Source: Hydrurus foetidus (lineage: Eukaryota). From it: 46,206 bases of DNA. The stretch is taken from assembly GCA_900617105.1 (NCBI GenBank), contig UYFQ01000069.1, positions 1 through 46,206 of the forward strand, in the 5' to 3' direction. This document shows positions 10,246 through 22,075 of the stretch, one piece after another; the first letter of the stretch is position 1; each line of letters begins with the position of its first letter. The notes under the pieces were generated by a model that ran no database searches, had not been told where the DNA came from, and saw nothing but the letters and a program-made list of their open reading frames with translations. Both the position numbers and the translations under genes were made by a program.

Positions 10246-12889
10246 ATGAAGCGTATTCCTGTGCGTAGTGAAAAATCTATGGCGTCAGACGCCGCTGAAG
10301 ATGACGAAGATGCTGATATATTCTTGATGCATCCACGAAAATCGAAGAAGCGCCAGCGCAAACCAAAGGCATTGTACGAAAGCATACTCAACGTAGACGC
10401 TTAAAGTGTCAGTTCTAATTGAATAATCTCAAACTTTGTCTCCGAATAGGATACTAGCTGCAGGAGATGCAGTAGAATCTAGTACATCTGCGATTTCGCA
10501 GCCGCCTGAATCATGTGGCGGCGTCCCATTACTTGATGAGAGAAGGTCGTAATCATTATTTTCGTGCGCTGATCGGCTAGAAAGTAAAGTCGTTTTCCTG
10601 ACTCTTTAGTCCGAATATCACTACTGCCATATTTCATTAAGGCATCTTTCCTCACACTGCATAATCAGTGAGGAAGCTGTTGGACACGTTATAGTCACTG
10701 CTGACCGCAACCTTCCTTGCTCTTACTCAAGACAGCAAGATGATGAAGACCGAGATGGAGACCGTTTTGAAGCATATCTATCAGAGAGTAGCCACTGCTC
10801 CTCCAATATTGCGTTGTAAGTGTAATCGTTATGAGTCTTGAAAGCATGCGATATCCAGTGGAATGATGATTCTTTTTTGAAAAACATTTAATTCAGGACA
10901 CAGAGGGAGATACGGTCTCCTACCGTCGATTCGCCTGTAAGGAAAGCCTTAGATTTTGCACGCGTCAACTCGATTGCGAAAGTATTTCCAGTTCCTGTTC
11001 CAGACGAGTTCAAATTTGAAATAACTTTAAAAGTTCTCTCGACAAGCAGAATTCAGAGAAACAAATTATCCTTATCTCGTGACAATTTAGAAACAGTTAT
11101 TGGGGAAATGTCTGATTTAACATTCATAAAGAGCCACACAAATATACTAAGTAATAATGCGGATACCTGTGGTACAGAATACTATATTACAGCAATAAGC
11201 TTATTCGGCTTGCTGTGTCAACATTTATCAGAAATTTACACTAAAGTAAAAAGCACAAATACAAGTGGAATATGGGATGTAAGTAAAATAAGATTTATAA
11301 TTCTTTGAATTTTTTATCCTTAAAATTTCTCAAATTGAATTTTTATCTGTACATTCATAAGCAGATAAACCTTGCTGCTGGATTCGTGTATTGTAAGAAA
11401 GAAAAAAGTGGGACCAACATTTTCTTAATTCCGCACGGAATTGATCACGTGCCTCTGATGCCAACATGTTACCCTCAGGGGCGAGGGAAAGATCACTTAT
11501 ACGGATCTCCTTACATGGTTTGTCTTGGATTCCCCTTGAACTCGTCCAAGATGACTTCACATGGAAAAGTTGAGCAGCAGAAACTCTTCTTATGTAAAGT
11601 TTTTAAAGACGAGGAAGTGTCTCTCCAAGACGTTTTTGGATCGTCCGAATTCCTAATAACAATGCTGAATGGCGGTGTGCGTGCGGTGAAACTTGCCTAC
11701 TCAAGAGCTCACTTGAAAGTGATGAAAATGCAGAACAAAAATTCGCAGGTAAGATGATAGGAAAAATTTCCTTACAACTTAAACAGAATCACTTCATATC
11801 GAATAAACTTATTCAAATCATAAAACATACATTCAAATCAGTTTTATCTGGTTAACGATTCGGATTTCGGCCAATCCGTTAAAATTGCTGGAAATAATGC
11901 TGACAATGACTTAAATGGTGGAATACTCGCAAATGGAGCAGCCAGAGCAGAACGCTTGATGCGACAGAAGAAAGCCCTCAATGATGAAATATATTCCTTG
12001 ATTTCATCAAAACCTTTTCAAGACAACTACAGGTATTTCTACACTCAACGTATGTATAATATGCATAAAATAAATAAATCAAAATAGAAGTTACCAAATT
12101 GCTTTATTCAATATTAATATCCAATTATATGTTTCATTATTCAATATTTTAATAAATGTTTTATAATTCAGATTTGATGACTCTGTCCACAATTACTACG
12201 CAATACGCGATTTGCGGTACTTTGCTAATGTTGCCACAGATTCATTTCTGGGAAGTTTGCCAAACAGCATCGGACAAGAAGGTAACCCATGGAAATGGCA
12301 TACAGATAAATGGAATCTGAAGGAAAACTTTGATGTGAACGGAGATTTTCCCTCGATAACAGAATGGGAGTCCACTTTAACAGCGGCGTCACATAGCTTG
12401 TGTTTCCGTCATAAGGGAGAAAAAAAAAGTAGTATAGAATTAAGAACCCAAAGCAACATGCCTCCTGAAGATGAAATTGACAGTGATTTATCGAGATTGA
12501 GGCATCATTTTCCAAACACACCTCATTCTGTTTACATTGCCGAAAGTGTCAAATGTATCATGAGAACTTTAAATCATGAAATTCATACACATTGTCGAAA
12601 GCACGAAGGTTCTCCGGAATACATCAATAACGGCATATCATTTCGTTATATTTTACATCAATTATCCAATTATAACATGGAATTCCATGACGTTACTATG
12701 TTACTTTTATATGCTCTACCATCTAAAAGTAATGACTGTCTTAGGGAAAAAATATTTGACATTAATGATGTCATTCGGCATATTCGCGAACAGTCACCCG
12801 CATTGAAGCTCACTATTCATTATATTACGATATTTCAAAGAAAATTTGATTTTTCGCAGGAGTCCTATGTGTCATCGCAAGAAAATTGA
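10246..12889 (+). CDS. Multi-exon accessory protein of Tc1-like element 2, unknown function
   Basis: Exons 10610-10815, 10897-11278, 11365-11748, 11842-12032 and 12172-12889 splice by GT-AG into a stop-free 626-aa frame. Putative first exon from ATG 10246 carries an NLS-like RKSKKRQRKPK. Joining of the 5' exons is unresolved. Confidence 0.75.
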
Positions 12890-13001
12890 ATCAATTTCTT
12901 GTGTCAAATTATCATAACTCTTCAATACATATCCAACTCATTGTCCGAAACAACAATCAGAAAGCAAAATCATTTTAGCATCATTGTTAAATTAATTAAT
13001 A

Positions 13002-14229
13002 TCATCTTCCACTCGCACGGTATCTTTCTTCTTCTGTTACATTAATATGGCAGTGAACAAAATAGTTACATGCGATATCACCCGTTATACAATTGTATAA
13101 TGCATGCTCGAAGTTTTTTGATACAGGATAGCTAGGATCATCAGATGTCCATTTTTTACGGCAAAATTCTTTCGCACTATGGAAAACAAGTTCTATTGGA
13201 TTATAATCATAACTATACGGTTCAAAAAATACAGCAATAACTCCATACTCTTGACACAACGTCATGATCGCCGCCTTGTTGTGGACAGGAGCATTATCAT
13301 TGAAGAGTACGCTCTTTTCTTGAGGAAACGGGTTCATCAACGGTAGTATCTTCTCTTCAAGAACTTTAAAGTACATTTCACCGTCAATCATCTCCTCATG
13401 CATAGATACCATTTCTATTCCCTTAATTGACATCGCAGCTAAGGCTGAACAACCACCTTCACATAAAATGGAATCATTTTAGTTGTCAAATTGTATGCCA
13501 ATAACGTGTAATTCGTCATACAGACATACCTCTATGCCCAAGTCTATTATACTGATAAATGTAAGCTCTCACGTTCCTTGGAGAACGTCCATAGCGACGG
13601 CGAATAGCCTTCTCGGTTATGTGGCTGTAAATTAAAAGCGTAAGCATTAATTCAAGTGTGATGGAATAAAAATGGTTATCATCAAAGCTGACATAACCTC
13701 TCATCAACATAAAATCGCTGCTCTGCTGTGTATATACTTGTAATCCTAAGAAAGTTCTGCCTCTTCTTTTCGTTTTGTTCCTTCGCATGGACTTCCAAAA
13801 CTTTGCGAGTTATGTTTCTGCTGTTCAGCCCTTGCCAGATTTGACTGACTGAAAATACTCCGTATCCGCTCTCATGCAAGTATACAGCCATCTCATATGC
13901 ATAGAGTGTCGGTTGTGTTTTGAGTTTAGAGAGCAACACCTCCAGTGCTACCGTTGGAATACCGATCCAACCTTTTCCTCCACGACCTCTAAATTGCGGA
14001 TCTGTTGTAGAAAAATTCGTTCATTAAGAGCAATCGGATGCAATGGGCCGTCGTAGAAGGATTAGCGCTCACTTATAGATTCGCCATCTTTCCGGCGTCT
14101 GATCAGCTTCCATATAGTCCGAACAGAACATCCATAAAGGGCAGATGCTTCCACAGCATATATCAAATTATGCCCGTGGGAGTCCATATAATTCAAAATC
14201 AAGATGCGCACTTGTCTGCAAGTCGTCAT
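13002..14229 (-). CDS. Tc1/IS630-family DD34E transposase, 4 exons (14229-14073, 14001-13698, 13624-13530, 13456-13002), 336 aa
   Basis: Stop-free spliced frame with YVDES, FNDNAPVH and YSYDYNPIE. First three exon lengths (157/304/95) are identical to transposase 1. Confidence 0.9.
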
Positions 14230-14506
14230 TTGCCTGAATAGGATAAAGATGCGAAATATGATGGTGAGATGACGGGTTCTCTTATTGTCGGATGAATTTT
14301 GAGCTCAATTTTGAACAGATTTCAGATTTGAACAGCATTACCTTGATTGTTCTGACACTGTCGAGGTTTTCAGCTACTCAGAATTGATTTCTGTGCTGTG
14401 TGCCAGAAGTTGCTATTTCTGGTGTGTAACGATGTTGAGTGTGTCAATGTTCGGGATATTCCGTTCGGGGGAGTGTTCAGTGAACAGCAAAAGTGAAACC
14501 ACAATA
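14228..14506 (-). repeat. Right TIR of Tc1-like element 2 (outer tip displaced by foldback insertion)
   Basis: Reverse complement of 9950-10228. Confidence 0.93.
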
Positions 14507-14514
14507 TGCAGTTC

Positions 14515-15221
14515 CCAGTGCTGTCAAAAAGTCCGCACAGTGTCAAAAAGTCCGCACGGTCACTTTAGCCCCGATAACTCCATAAATAAATTTTAAAAAA
14601 AACTTCGGAAAATTGCTTTCATGTAATTTGATAGTGCTTTCCGTGAATCCGAAATAAAAAAAGTTCAAAAATAATTTTATTCCACTGACGTTTCCTCACC
14701 TCAATATTCGCTTTTCCCAAATTTGACCAAACCTGTTTTTAGAAAAAGATAGGATATTCATCAAGTCAAGAATACTTAACTTAGTATGGAACCGCGAGGG
14801 TTTGACTTGAAACGGAGGATTTCTCGAGATACAATGACTTCAGTCGTAAATCGAGGTGTTTTAACGGTTTTCGGGTGTGATTTTTCACCGATTCCGTGGG
14901 GAAACACCTCGATTTACGACTGAAGTCATTGTATCTCGAGAAATCCTCCGTTTCAAGTCAAACCCTCGCGGTTCCATACTAAGTTAAGTATTCTTGACTT
15001 GATGAATATCCTATCTTTTTCTAAAAACAGGTTTGGTCAAATTTGGCATTGATAAAGTAAAATTAAATTATTTTCGATTTTTTCATTTCGAATTCACGGA
15101 ACGATCAAATTAAATGAAAGCAATTTTCCGAAGTGTTTTTTGAAATTTATCCATGGAGTTATCGGGGCTAAAGTGACCGTGCGGACTTTTTGACACTGTG
15201 CGGACTTTTCGACAGCACTGG
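14515..15221. mobile_element. Non-autonomous foldback/MITE element
   Basis: Termini (C)CCAGTGCTGTC...GACAGCACTGG(G). Outer arms are imperfect. Inner arms 14717-14861 / 14902-15046 are perfectly complementary around a 40-bp loop. Flanked by GTTC...GTTC (or TT...TT if the ends are CCC/GGG). Confidence 0.88.
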
Positions 15222-15286
15222 GTTCACTGACACACAACTTCGGATTATCTATTTGATACCAAATTTGGCAAGCAAGAGACGACGCA

Positions 15287-18200
15287 ATGGCGAATCATGG
15301 GTTACAGGCGTTGAAGACTCTTCTGCTCTTGATGCCTGTATTCATGTGTCAAGTGGTTTTGAATTCCAGTAAAATCGAAGGGCCTGTAAAAAATGACCAA
15401 CTAACTGTCATGATATCAATAACATCAGGTATATCTAATTGCCGTCAAAATTGCACATGACCAATGATGAAATCTAATGGAACCTGTTGGAATGCGCTGA
15501 TTCGTAGATTCATGAAACCCTCAATCGATTGTGTCTCCTTATTATTTCAGGACCACATCACAGCCACATGAGGAGTATCGTAAGGTTGGTGTAAACAATA
15601 TATTTTCAAATTGATGAGAAAAACAATTCACCAGAAATTGGGGAAGTGCCACTGCATCTTTGTCCACTTTACTCCTTACGGGCTGAACGATATCTATTTC
15701 TTCACTGGACACTTGTGCGTAGGAACACTTGGCTTCTTCCCTGCATAGCTTCGACAGTGTGCAATTACCGCTTTTATGTAGACGCCATGGCTGCAAACCT
15801 CACTGAAGCATTGAAAGCAGAACAGCAGACACATGATGACTTGGGTGAGGGTCAATCCAAATGATCGCTTTTACTCTAGAGGGACTACTTCCACGCAAAC
15901 TTTTTAACAGCTGCCAATCATCACACTCTTTGCAGTGTTTCGTGGACCGTGGTGCTCCCTCATGGACCAGCATCCTGCATACATCAATTATGGCAATAAT
16001 GTGGTCGGTACGGAAAATGTGGTAGGTGGGTTTCGAGACTACCCCCGTCGAGGTGAGTCAGAGAGGACGATTCGTAGGGAATTAAAATGTGGCAACACCA
16101 GCAACTCTGTTTGTTCCGATTGCATCGTCGTGTTTCATTGTAAATTTCGGCGCCTTCGAACTCAGCGTTGAATAGGAGCGAACATAATTGCCTGAACAAA
16201 TCGCATCTGGTACCACCTGTCAAGCAGTGCACTTTGAAACGTCTCTGAATATTATCCACACATTCACGCAACTCTATTTAGCCTTGTACAAGATCGACTG
16301 GAAGGTTTGTTTTCTGCAGTGGGCGACTCAGAACAGAGCGATGGCTGCCTACCACGCCTTCGTGGAAGACGACTCCTTCCTCTGCACCGCACACCTGCTG
16401 CACCTCACCACGCTGCTCAAGAACTTGGACTCGGCGGAGAAGCACAAACCCTTCAGAACCGGTGCGAGTAGAGTCGCGATTGTCACATATGTGGTATAGT
16501 GCGGTGAGATGACTGAAATGAGATGGGATGACCTTCCTTGAGTTCTGTCAGCAGCTCGTCTTCCATGAATCTCACCCTCTTCTTTTCCTTCTTCTCCATC
16601 TCCTAGTTCTCATTCATCTACTTTTTTTCCTCGTTCTTCATATTCTGTACTCTTTTTCTTCCCCTTGCACTACAATATCTACAGGTTATGACATGTATGA
16701 CGGCTTCGATGACAGCTCGACTTTTATGAGTCGAGAAGTGGCCGAGGCATTTGCTAACTATTATCCATCCAAGGTGAGAATTAGATAGAAAAGAACAGAA
16801 ACGAAAGAACAGAGATGAAAAGTGCAGAAATGGTATGAAATGAAAAGAGCGGAACGGAACAGAAAAGAACAGAATACGGACGAGATCATTACAAACCAGA
16901 GCAGAGCAGAACATGGAGAAGAAAATGAAGAAGAGGGAAGGGAAGAGAATGACACTCAACGCGACACTGCATTAGATGATACAGTGCTCAATCAGTGAGA
17001 GTGGTTGATCCATGATCGGACCTTGAAAGACAAAATGACCTTAAAGAGTCAGAACATGAATAAGATTAGAACAGAATAGAACAGAACAGAATAGAACAGA
17101 ACATTGATGTGACCTCGAACTTCTTGCTATTCATCTTCTGTCCCAGCAACACGCACATCTCCAATCTCCGACATGCCTCCGTTGTAGCATAATCCTCACC
17201 ACATCCGACTGGATGTATCATTTCCACTTTCGACTCCACGCTGTCCCACCTAACTGCAATATTCTCCACTGTCAGCCCATGACTGAAACCTTCTTCTCAT
17301 CTGCCAATGTTGCATCAGGATTTCGACTGCGCACACATGCTGAACATATCCAACGTGGTGAAGAGGCAATGGCTGTCATGGGGTAAGATTCATTCAAGCA
17401 TGAACGAAAGTCTGTGAAATGATATAAAGCTGCATGCTAAATAATAGAGCAAGTAGAACAAGAAAGCATGTAGTGGAGCAAGAGAGGATGAGGCAGTTCT
17501 GGATAAGATAGGGTTTGAAAGACATTGGTATTATATGATGTAGTTGAAGAAGGACTGGCTCAAGCAAGAAAACGGAAGTATAGAATTAGAACGAGGGGAA
17601 GACTTGAGATGAGGTAGGATAGACTAGAAGATGATGGGATAGGATATGATGAAGGAACGTACTTAGCTATGTTAGTTCATCACAGACATCTCTGTAAAGT
17701 AGAGAGCAGCAGCGCACGATAGTGGATGGTGTAGAGGGATTGAGAATAGATTAGAGAACAGAGAAATCGTATGACTGCACTTCAGACGACTTCATTCTGT
17801 GACTCTGAAGAATGCAACACACTGATTTCTCTTTCCTCTACATCTGCCATAATTATCTTACTTTGCCCCTGAAGTTACACAGACCTCCATAGACTATCTA
17901 GAGCCAGGGTCTGGTTGAAAAGTTAAAATTGTCAGGCAATATTGCGTAGTGATAGATCTTGTCATAGTGAGTGCTAGCCTTGATATCATTCCAACCGTTC
18001 CTTTATGCAACTTCACAGGTAACTCATGGATGCACGAAAAATGTGGTTGGAGGTTGCTGTTACAGGACGCTCTCAACATATCCATCAACGAGCCATCCGT
18101 CAGCAAACTCATGCTCCACTGTGAAATGGTACGAGTCTTCACTGTATCTTCTACTTTCCTTCATCCTTTTCTGTGCCCCTCTTTCTTTCAAATTATCTCT

Positions 18201-19723
18201 TCCCAAGAATTTTTTCCCTCTTTTCTTTCATATCGTCTCCCCTTGTCTCATTTTAATTTGACCTCTCCTTCCCTTGTTTTCATAATTCTCTCTTCTTGTC
18301 TTCGGCCTCGTCTGTACTTGCTTCCCTGACCGTGTCTAGCATACTCCACGACTGCATCGCCAGTTCTTACGCGTCTCACTATGTACCTTATTCTCGGCAA
18401 CATCATCCTATACCATATCTAGTCTTTCCCAACTTCACCATGTGTACACCTCGTATTGGCTTGTCTTCTCTTCTCTAGTGTCTGCATCATGTACTGACTC
18501 TCAGTCGCTCTCACACGTATGCAGCCACCAGCAGCCGCGAAGACGAATCTCACCGCAACTTCCCCCTCCACCAATGACTCCCTTCCATTCCCGTGCCCGC
18601 AAGCAGGGTTGGTCTTTCACCACCCGCACGCTGCGGAAGCGTTACTCAAAGAACAAAAGGTCAGTGAAGCGGAATGTGACGTGCACTTCTTTTGCTTATA
18701 CTCTTGCTCGACAACTTTTAAGCGTATCTTCTCATCTCTCTCTCCGCCCTTATCTTTTTCTCTTCCTCTTCCTTCTCCACTGACACTGCACTCTGCAACA
18801 TTCTTTCGCCCCTCCACTCTTGTCTTGTCACAGACCTTTGCGATATAACTAATCTAACCGCCATGCTCTACTATTTCTAAGGTGGAGCATCTCTGCGAAT
18901 ACGCTCTGTTCATCGACAAGGTGAGCTCAGCGAGTGATGTGATGTTCACACGCAATGGGTGGAATAGGCTGGCACTAAGATTATGCGTCTTTGTAATCGC
19001 TGCACTCTTATTCCCTGCTCTCCTTCTCTCAACCTCTCTTTTTTTCTACGTCTCTATTTGTCTCTCTTCTCTTTTACGCTCCATCACCCTTCCTTTTTCT
19101 CTCTCCCCATCCCTCCATCTATTCCTCCTTCACCCCCTCCCTCCATCGGACAGATCAAGGACCCTATGCACATTCGGAAGCTGTACCACACAGCCAATGC
19201 CTCTTCCTTCCACGACTTCACTCCCGTGTTCATCGCAGATGGCATGAAGGTCGCACTAAGAGGGATCCACTGTGTGTGTGTGCTCACATCACATTTTCTC
19301 TTTCACTTGCTATGGTGTGTGTGCAAGTGTGCTTCACGTTGTTTTGTCGTGTTGCAATATACTCCACAGAGCCTCTCTGACCTGACCTCCTGCCCTGTAT
19401 GAATCCCCTCCCATCTGTTTGTTCTGTCACCTTTCCCCAATCGACTACCCTTCATTACAGTTGGTCCATCAACCCTACCTCACCTTCGACAACTGAAGTG
19501 TCCCTTCTCCCTCCACCCGTAGGGCTGGCATGCGATGATAAAAAAAATAAACTCGAAGGAGGAGCAGTGTCGCAGAGACGGACGCTCCCTCCCCTGTCTC
19601 GAGTGGCGCAGACAGAGGAGGCTTCAATCGGACAGCACACACCGCACGCACAGCCCACGCATCTCGGCATCCAACTCTCATGATCAGTCAACCGACCCCG
19701 GTCCGTCCTTCTACTTCAAGTGA
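15287..19723 (+). CDS. GT31 (beta-1,3-galactosyltransferase/Fringe-like) glycosyltransferase, about 11-12 exons
   Basis: Spliced translation gives a hydrophobic N-terminus, then LTVMISITSG|PHHSHMRSIVR|NTWLLPC, YRFYVD...LKAEQQTHDDL|VF, LYKIDWKVCFLQWA...AFVEDDSFLC and FMSREVA. This matches the GT31 RxxIRxTW / ExxxHxDL / xDD pattern. Confidence 0.65.
17066..17102. repeat. (AGAAY)n pentanucleotide microsatellite, intronic
   Basis: agaacagaatagaacagaacagaatagaacagaac. Confidence 0.85.
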
Positions 19724-20814
19724 AGCCACAGTGTGCTTCGCTGTAATGCACTACAAAGCACCATACAGAGCTGACAATTGCTGACTCGAGTGTGCACATA
19801 AGTGACGGTCTCTGATGAGACCATTCTTAGCGGACTTTGTGAGGATTGAGGGAGAGGAGTGCACTGTAATAAATAACATCGCCTTTCTTTTACTAGCCCA
19901 GACTCCCTCCCTCTTACCCTCCCTCCCTTCGTCCCTTGTCCCTCTAACGCCCATGAGATAGAGGAACGGTCTCGCCTGTCTTTCTCTCGTCTTATCACAG
20001 CCATTATCTCGCATTAGTCTAAGCAGTCATCAAGTCCTTCTCCCGGCTGTTACTCGTTACCTCACCTGTACTTACACGTTATCTTTACCTACATGGTATT
20101 CTCCTATTATCTCCTCATATCATATCTTCTTTTCTCACTACTCCCGCCAACTCCTCACCTCTCCTCCTCCCCTATCATCTACTCTCCTCTATTCTCTCCT
20201 CATCTCGTCTCCTGCCATCTCCTCTCATTCTAATTGCGGTCACTTTCCACTTCATTTGTCAGGAGAATGTTACTTCAAAAAGCATATGATTCGTATGACA
20301 GGAATTTGAAATCATAAAGTCAGTTGAATTAATTGTTTACACTGTATTCTAGTTAGTGAATTATCTAGATTGTTTAGTGATTTGAAATCGCGATAATATT
20401 CATTTAGTAGTTAGTTCATCGTTTTGTATAATGATTGTGAATACGGCATATTCGGTCTGCAAAGTGAGTTGCTCCTACAGCCTCTCAATGCAATGCGATG
20501 CGATGCGATGCGACACACTTTCAGGTTGAATCACTTCAAGCTAAAGTACCATCGTTTTCTTTCTTTCCTGCATGATATTTGAAATTTGAATGTGTGACTA
20601 CGCATTGCTGTGTTCTCACGATGCCTAGCACAGCTTACATATTGGTGCCAGCATTCAATACTAGTAAAATAAAGTCAGTTCTATCTCTTCATTTCTTTCA
20701 GTATATTTCCAATGCGTCTTCGCAAGACGAAAAGCGGATGCGCCTCAGATGCAGCAAATTGATTATGAGTTACAATTTTAAGGAACACAGAGTAGGTAGC
20801 TACGGTCTACAATA

Positions 20815-21329
20815 CCGTCTCCGACACCTTTTTTGGTAAAACGGACAGTGGTGTGATGGCAATAGACCGTACTCGCCAAACTCAGTTGCGTAACCATATC
20901 AACACAACAATCACCAGAACTCGCAGACGAAGACAAATATACTGACATTATGGATTGGAGGAAGGAGAATTGATTCAAGACCACAGCATCGGTAAATTTT
21001 TGCCTACTTAATTTCGTATGTCTCCTTAAAAATTCGAGCGAGATCCAATCTCGATCTCAGAATTTTGTTGGTCCAACTTTGGATTCTAATAATTCGCCTC
21101 TATGGGACGTGTCGGCAACCGAAACTGACCAAAAACCTTCATTCTTACATAGCAGTTAGCATCAAAATGCCATAATACCCAGCTTTTTTCTCATTCCCAT
21201 CGGTAAAATTCACATGCGAAACTGGTTGATATTGGTGCATCCTTGTCGATTGTGAATGTGAATTGACAGCCACCTCGTCATGTAGGTGCGTATTACGTTA
21301 AATTTTACCAAAAAAGGTGTTGGAGACGG
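20815..21329. mobile_element. MITE, Tc1/mariner/pogo-type (TA TSD)
   Basis: 27-bp TIRs CCGTCTCCGACACCTTTTTTGGTAAAA / TTTTACCAAAAAAGGTGTTGGAGACGG (1 mismatch), TA on both sides, no coding capacity. Confidence 0.88.
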
Positions 21330-22075
21330 TAGAGAAGAGAAAAAAATAGAATTGAAAATGCTGTCCGACACTGTGACTTAAGAAAAATATTGAAATAAAG
21401 TTCTGCGCTTCAATAGCCTCTATCTGAGTGTTCATACAAGGGGTTACACTCCCTTGGTTCATAGGTGTCTGTATCGCGAGACCATCACAGAATTTTATGA
21501 ATGAATTTCGTTATGCCGTAGACCGATTACTCGATGTAGATGTACGCACGGTGTACCTAAGGTACGATGGACTTGACCAATCCCGAATAAGATTGCAGAT
21601 TCTAAGATCGTTGGTTATAATGTCATGGTACAAACACCGATGTCAAGGTAAAATTGAATACGAATTATTGTGTTTCAGGGCAATCGCAGTAAATCGTGTA
21701 ATCGCATAAAAATACAGAATATGCGCGATAGATAAAATACGTCTTCGCAGTACGGTAATAGCACTTCTCCAATTATCACTAATTTACCACAACTCTTTTC
21801 CAGAAAGTTTCATTTTATTCCCTATTCTGCATGATAAAATGCTATCTCATATCTAAAGCAGAAACAGTTTCCGGTTGGTTTTTTGTTTTTAATGACAAAT
21901 GGTGGAGATTCCATTAAATAGCTGTGCATTACTTTTAAGATGTACCCTCTATTCTCTACAGTATTCTCTCTCTACCGTAGTCAATCTGTCATCTGAAGTC
22001 AAGCGGATCTCGCAGTGCTACAGTACAACATAGTTCACACAAAAGAGGTTGTAAGGTAGCACACTTGCCATCAGG

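Larger units (their letters stand above)
9938..15229. mobile_element. Tc1/IS630-like DNA transposon 2, complete, with long TIRs and two convergent genes
   Basis: Near-perfect inverted repeat 9950-10228 / 14228-14506. After removing the foldback insertion, the ends read CAGTG...CACTG. Canonical TA flanks are not present. Confidence 0.88.

Noticed and set aside
10246..12889. Accessory gene as a Fanzor/TnpB RNA-guided nuclease
   Set aside because: No RuvC D/E/D motifs or CxxC zinc finger visible, and no room for an omega-RNA at the element end. Only a structure search could fully exclude it.
9821..14596. Duplicate ORFs MISVLCARSCYFWC at 9821-10072 and 14384-14596
   Set aside because: A by-product of the TIR duplication; non-ATG starts and no coding evidence.
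16528..19402. Several Leu/Phe/Ser-rich 'membrane protein' ORFs
   Set aside because: They run through CT-rich introns of the GT31-like gene.
21430..21960. Possible additional MITE beside 20815-21329
   Set aside because: Candidate terminal inverted match is too weak and no TSD could be identified.
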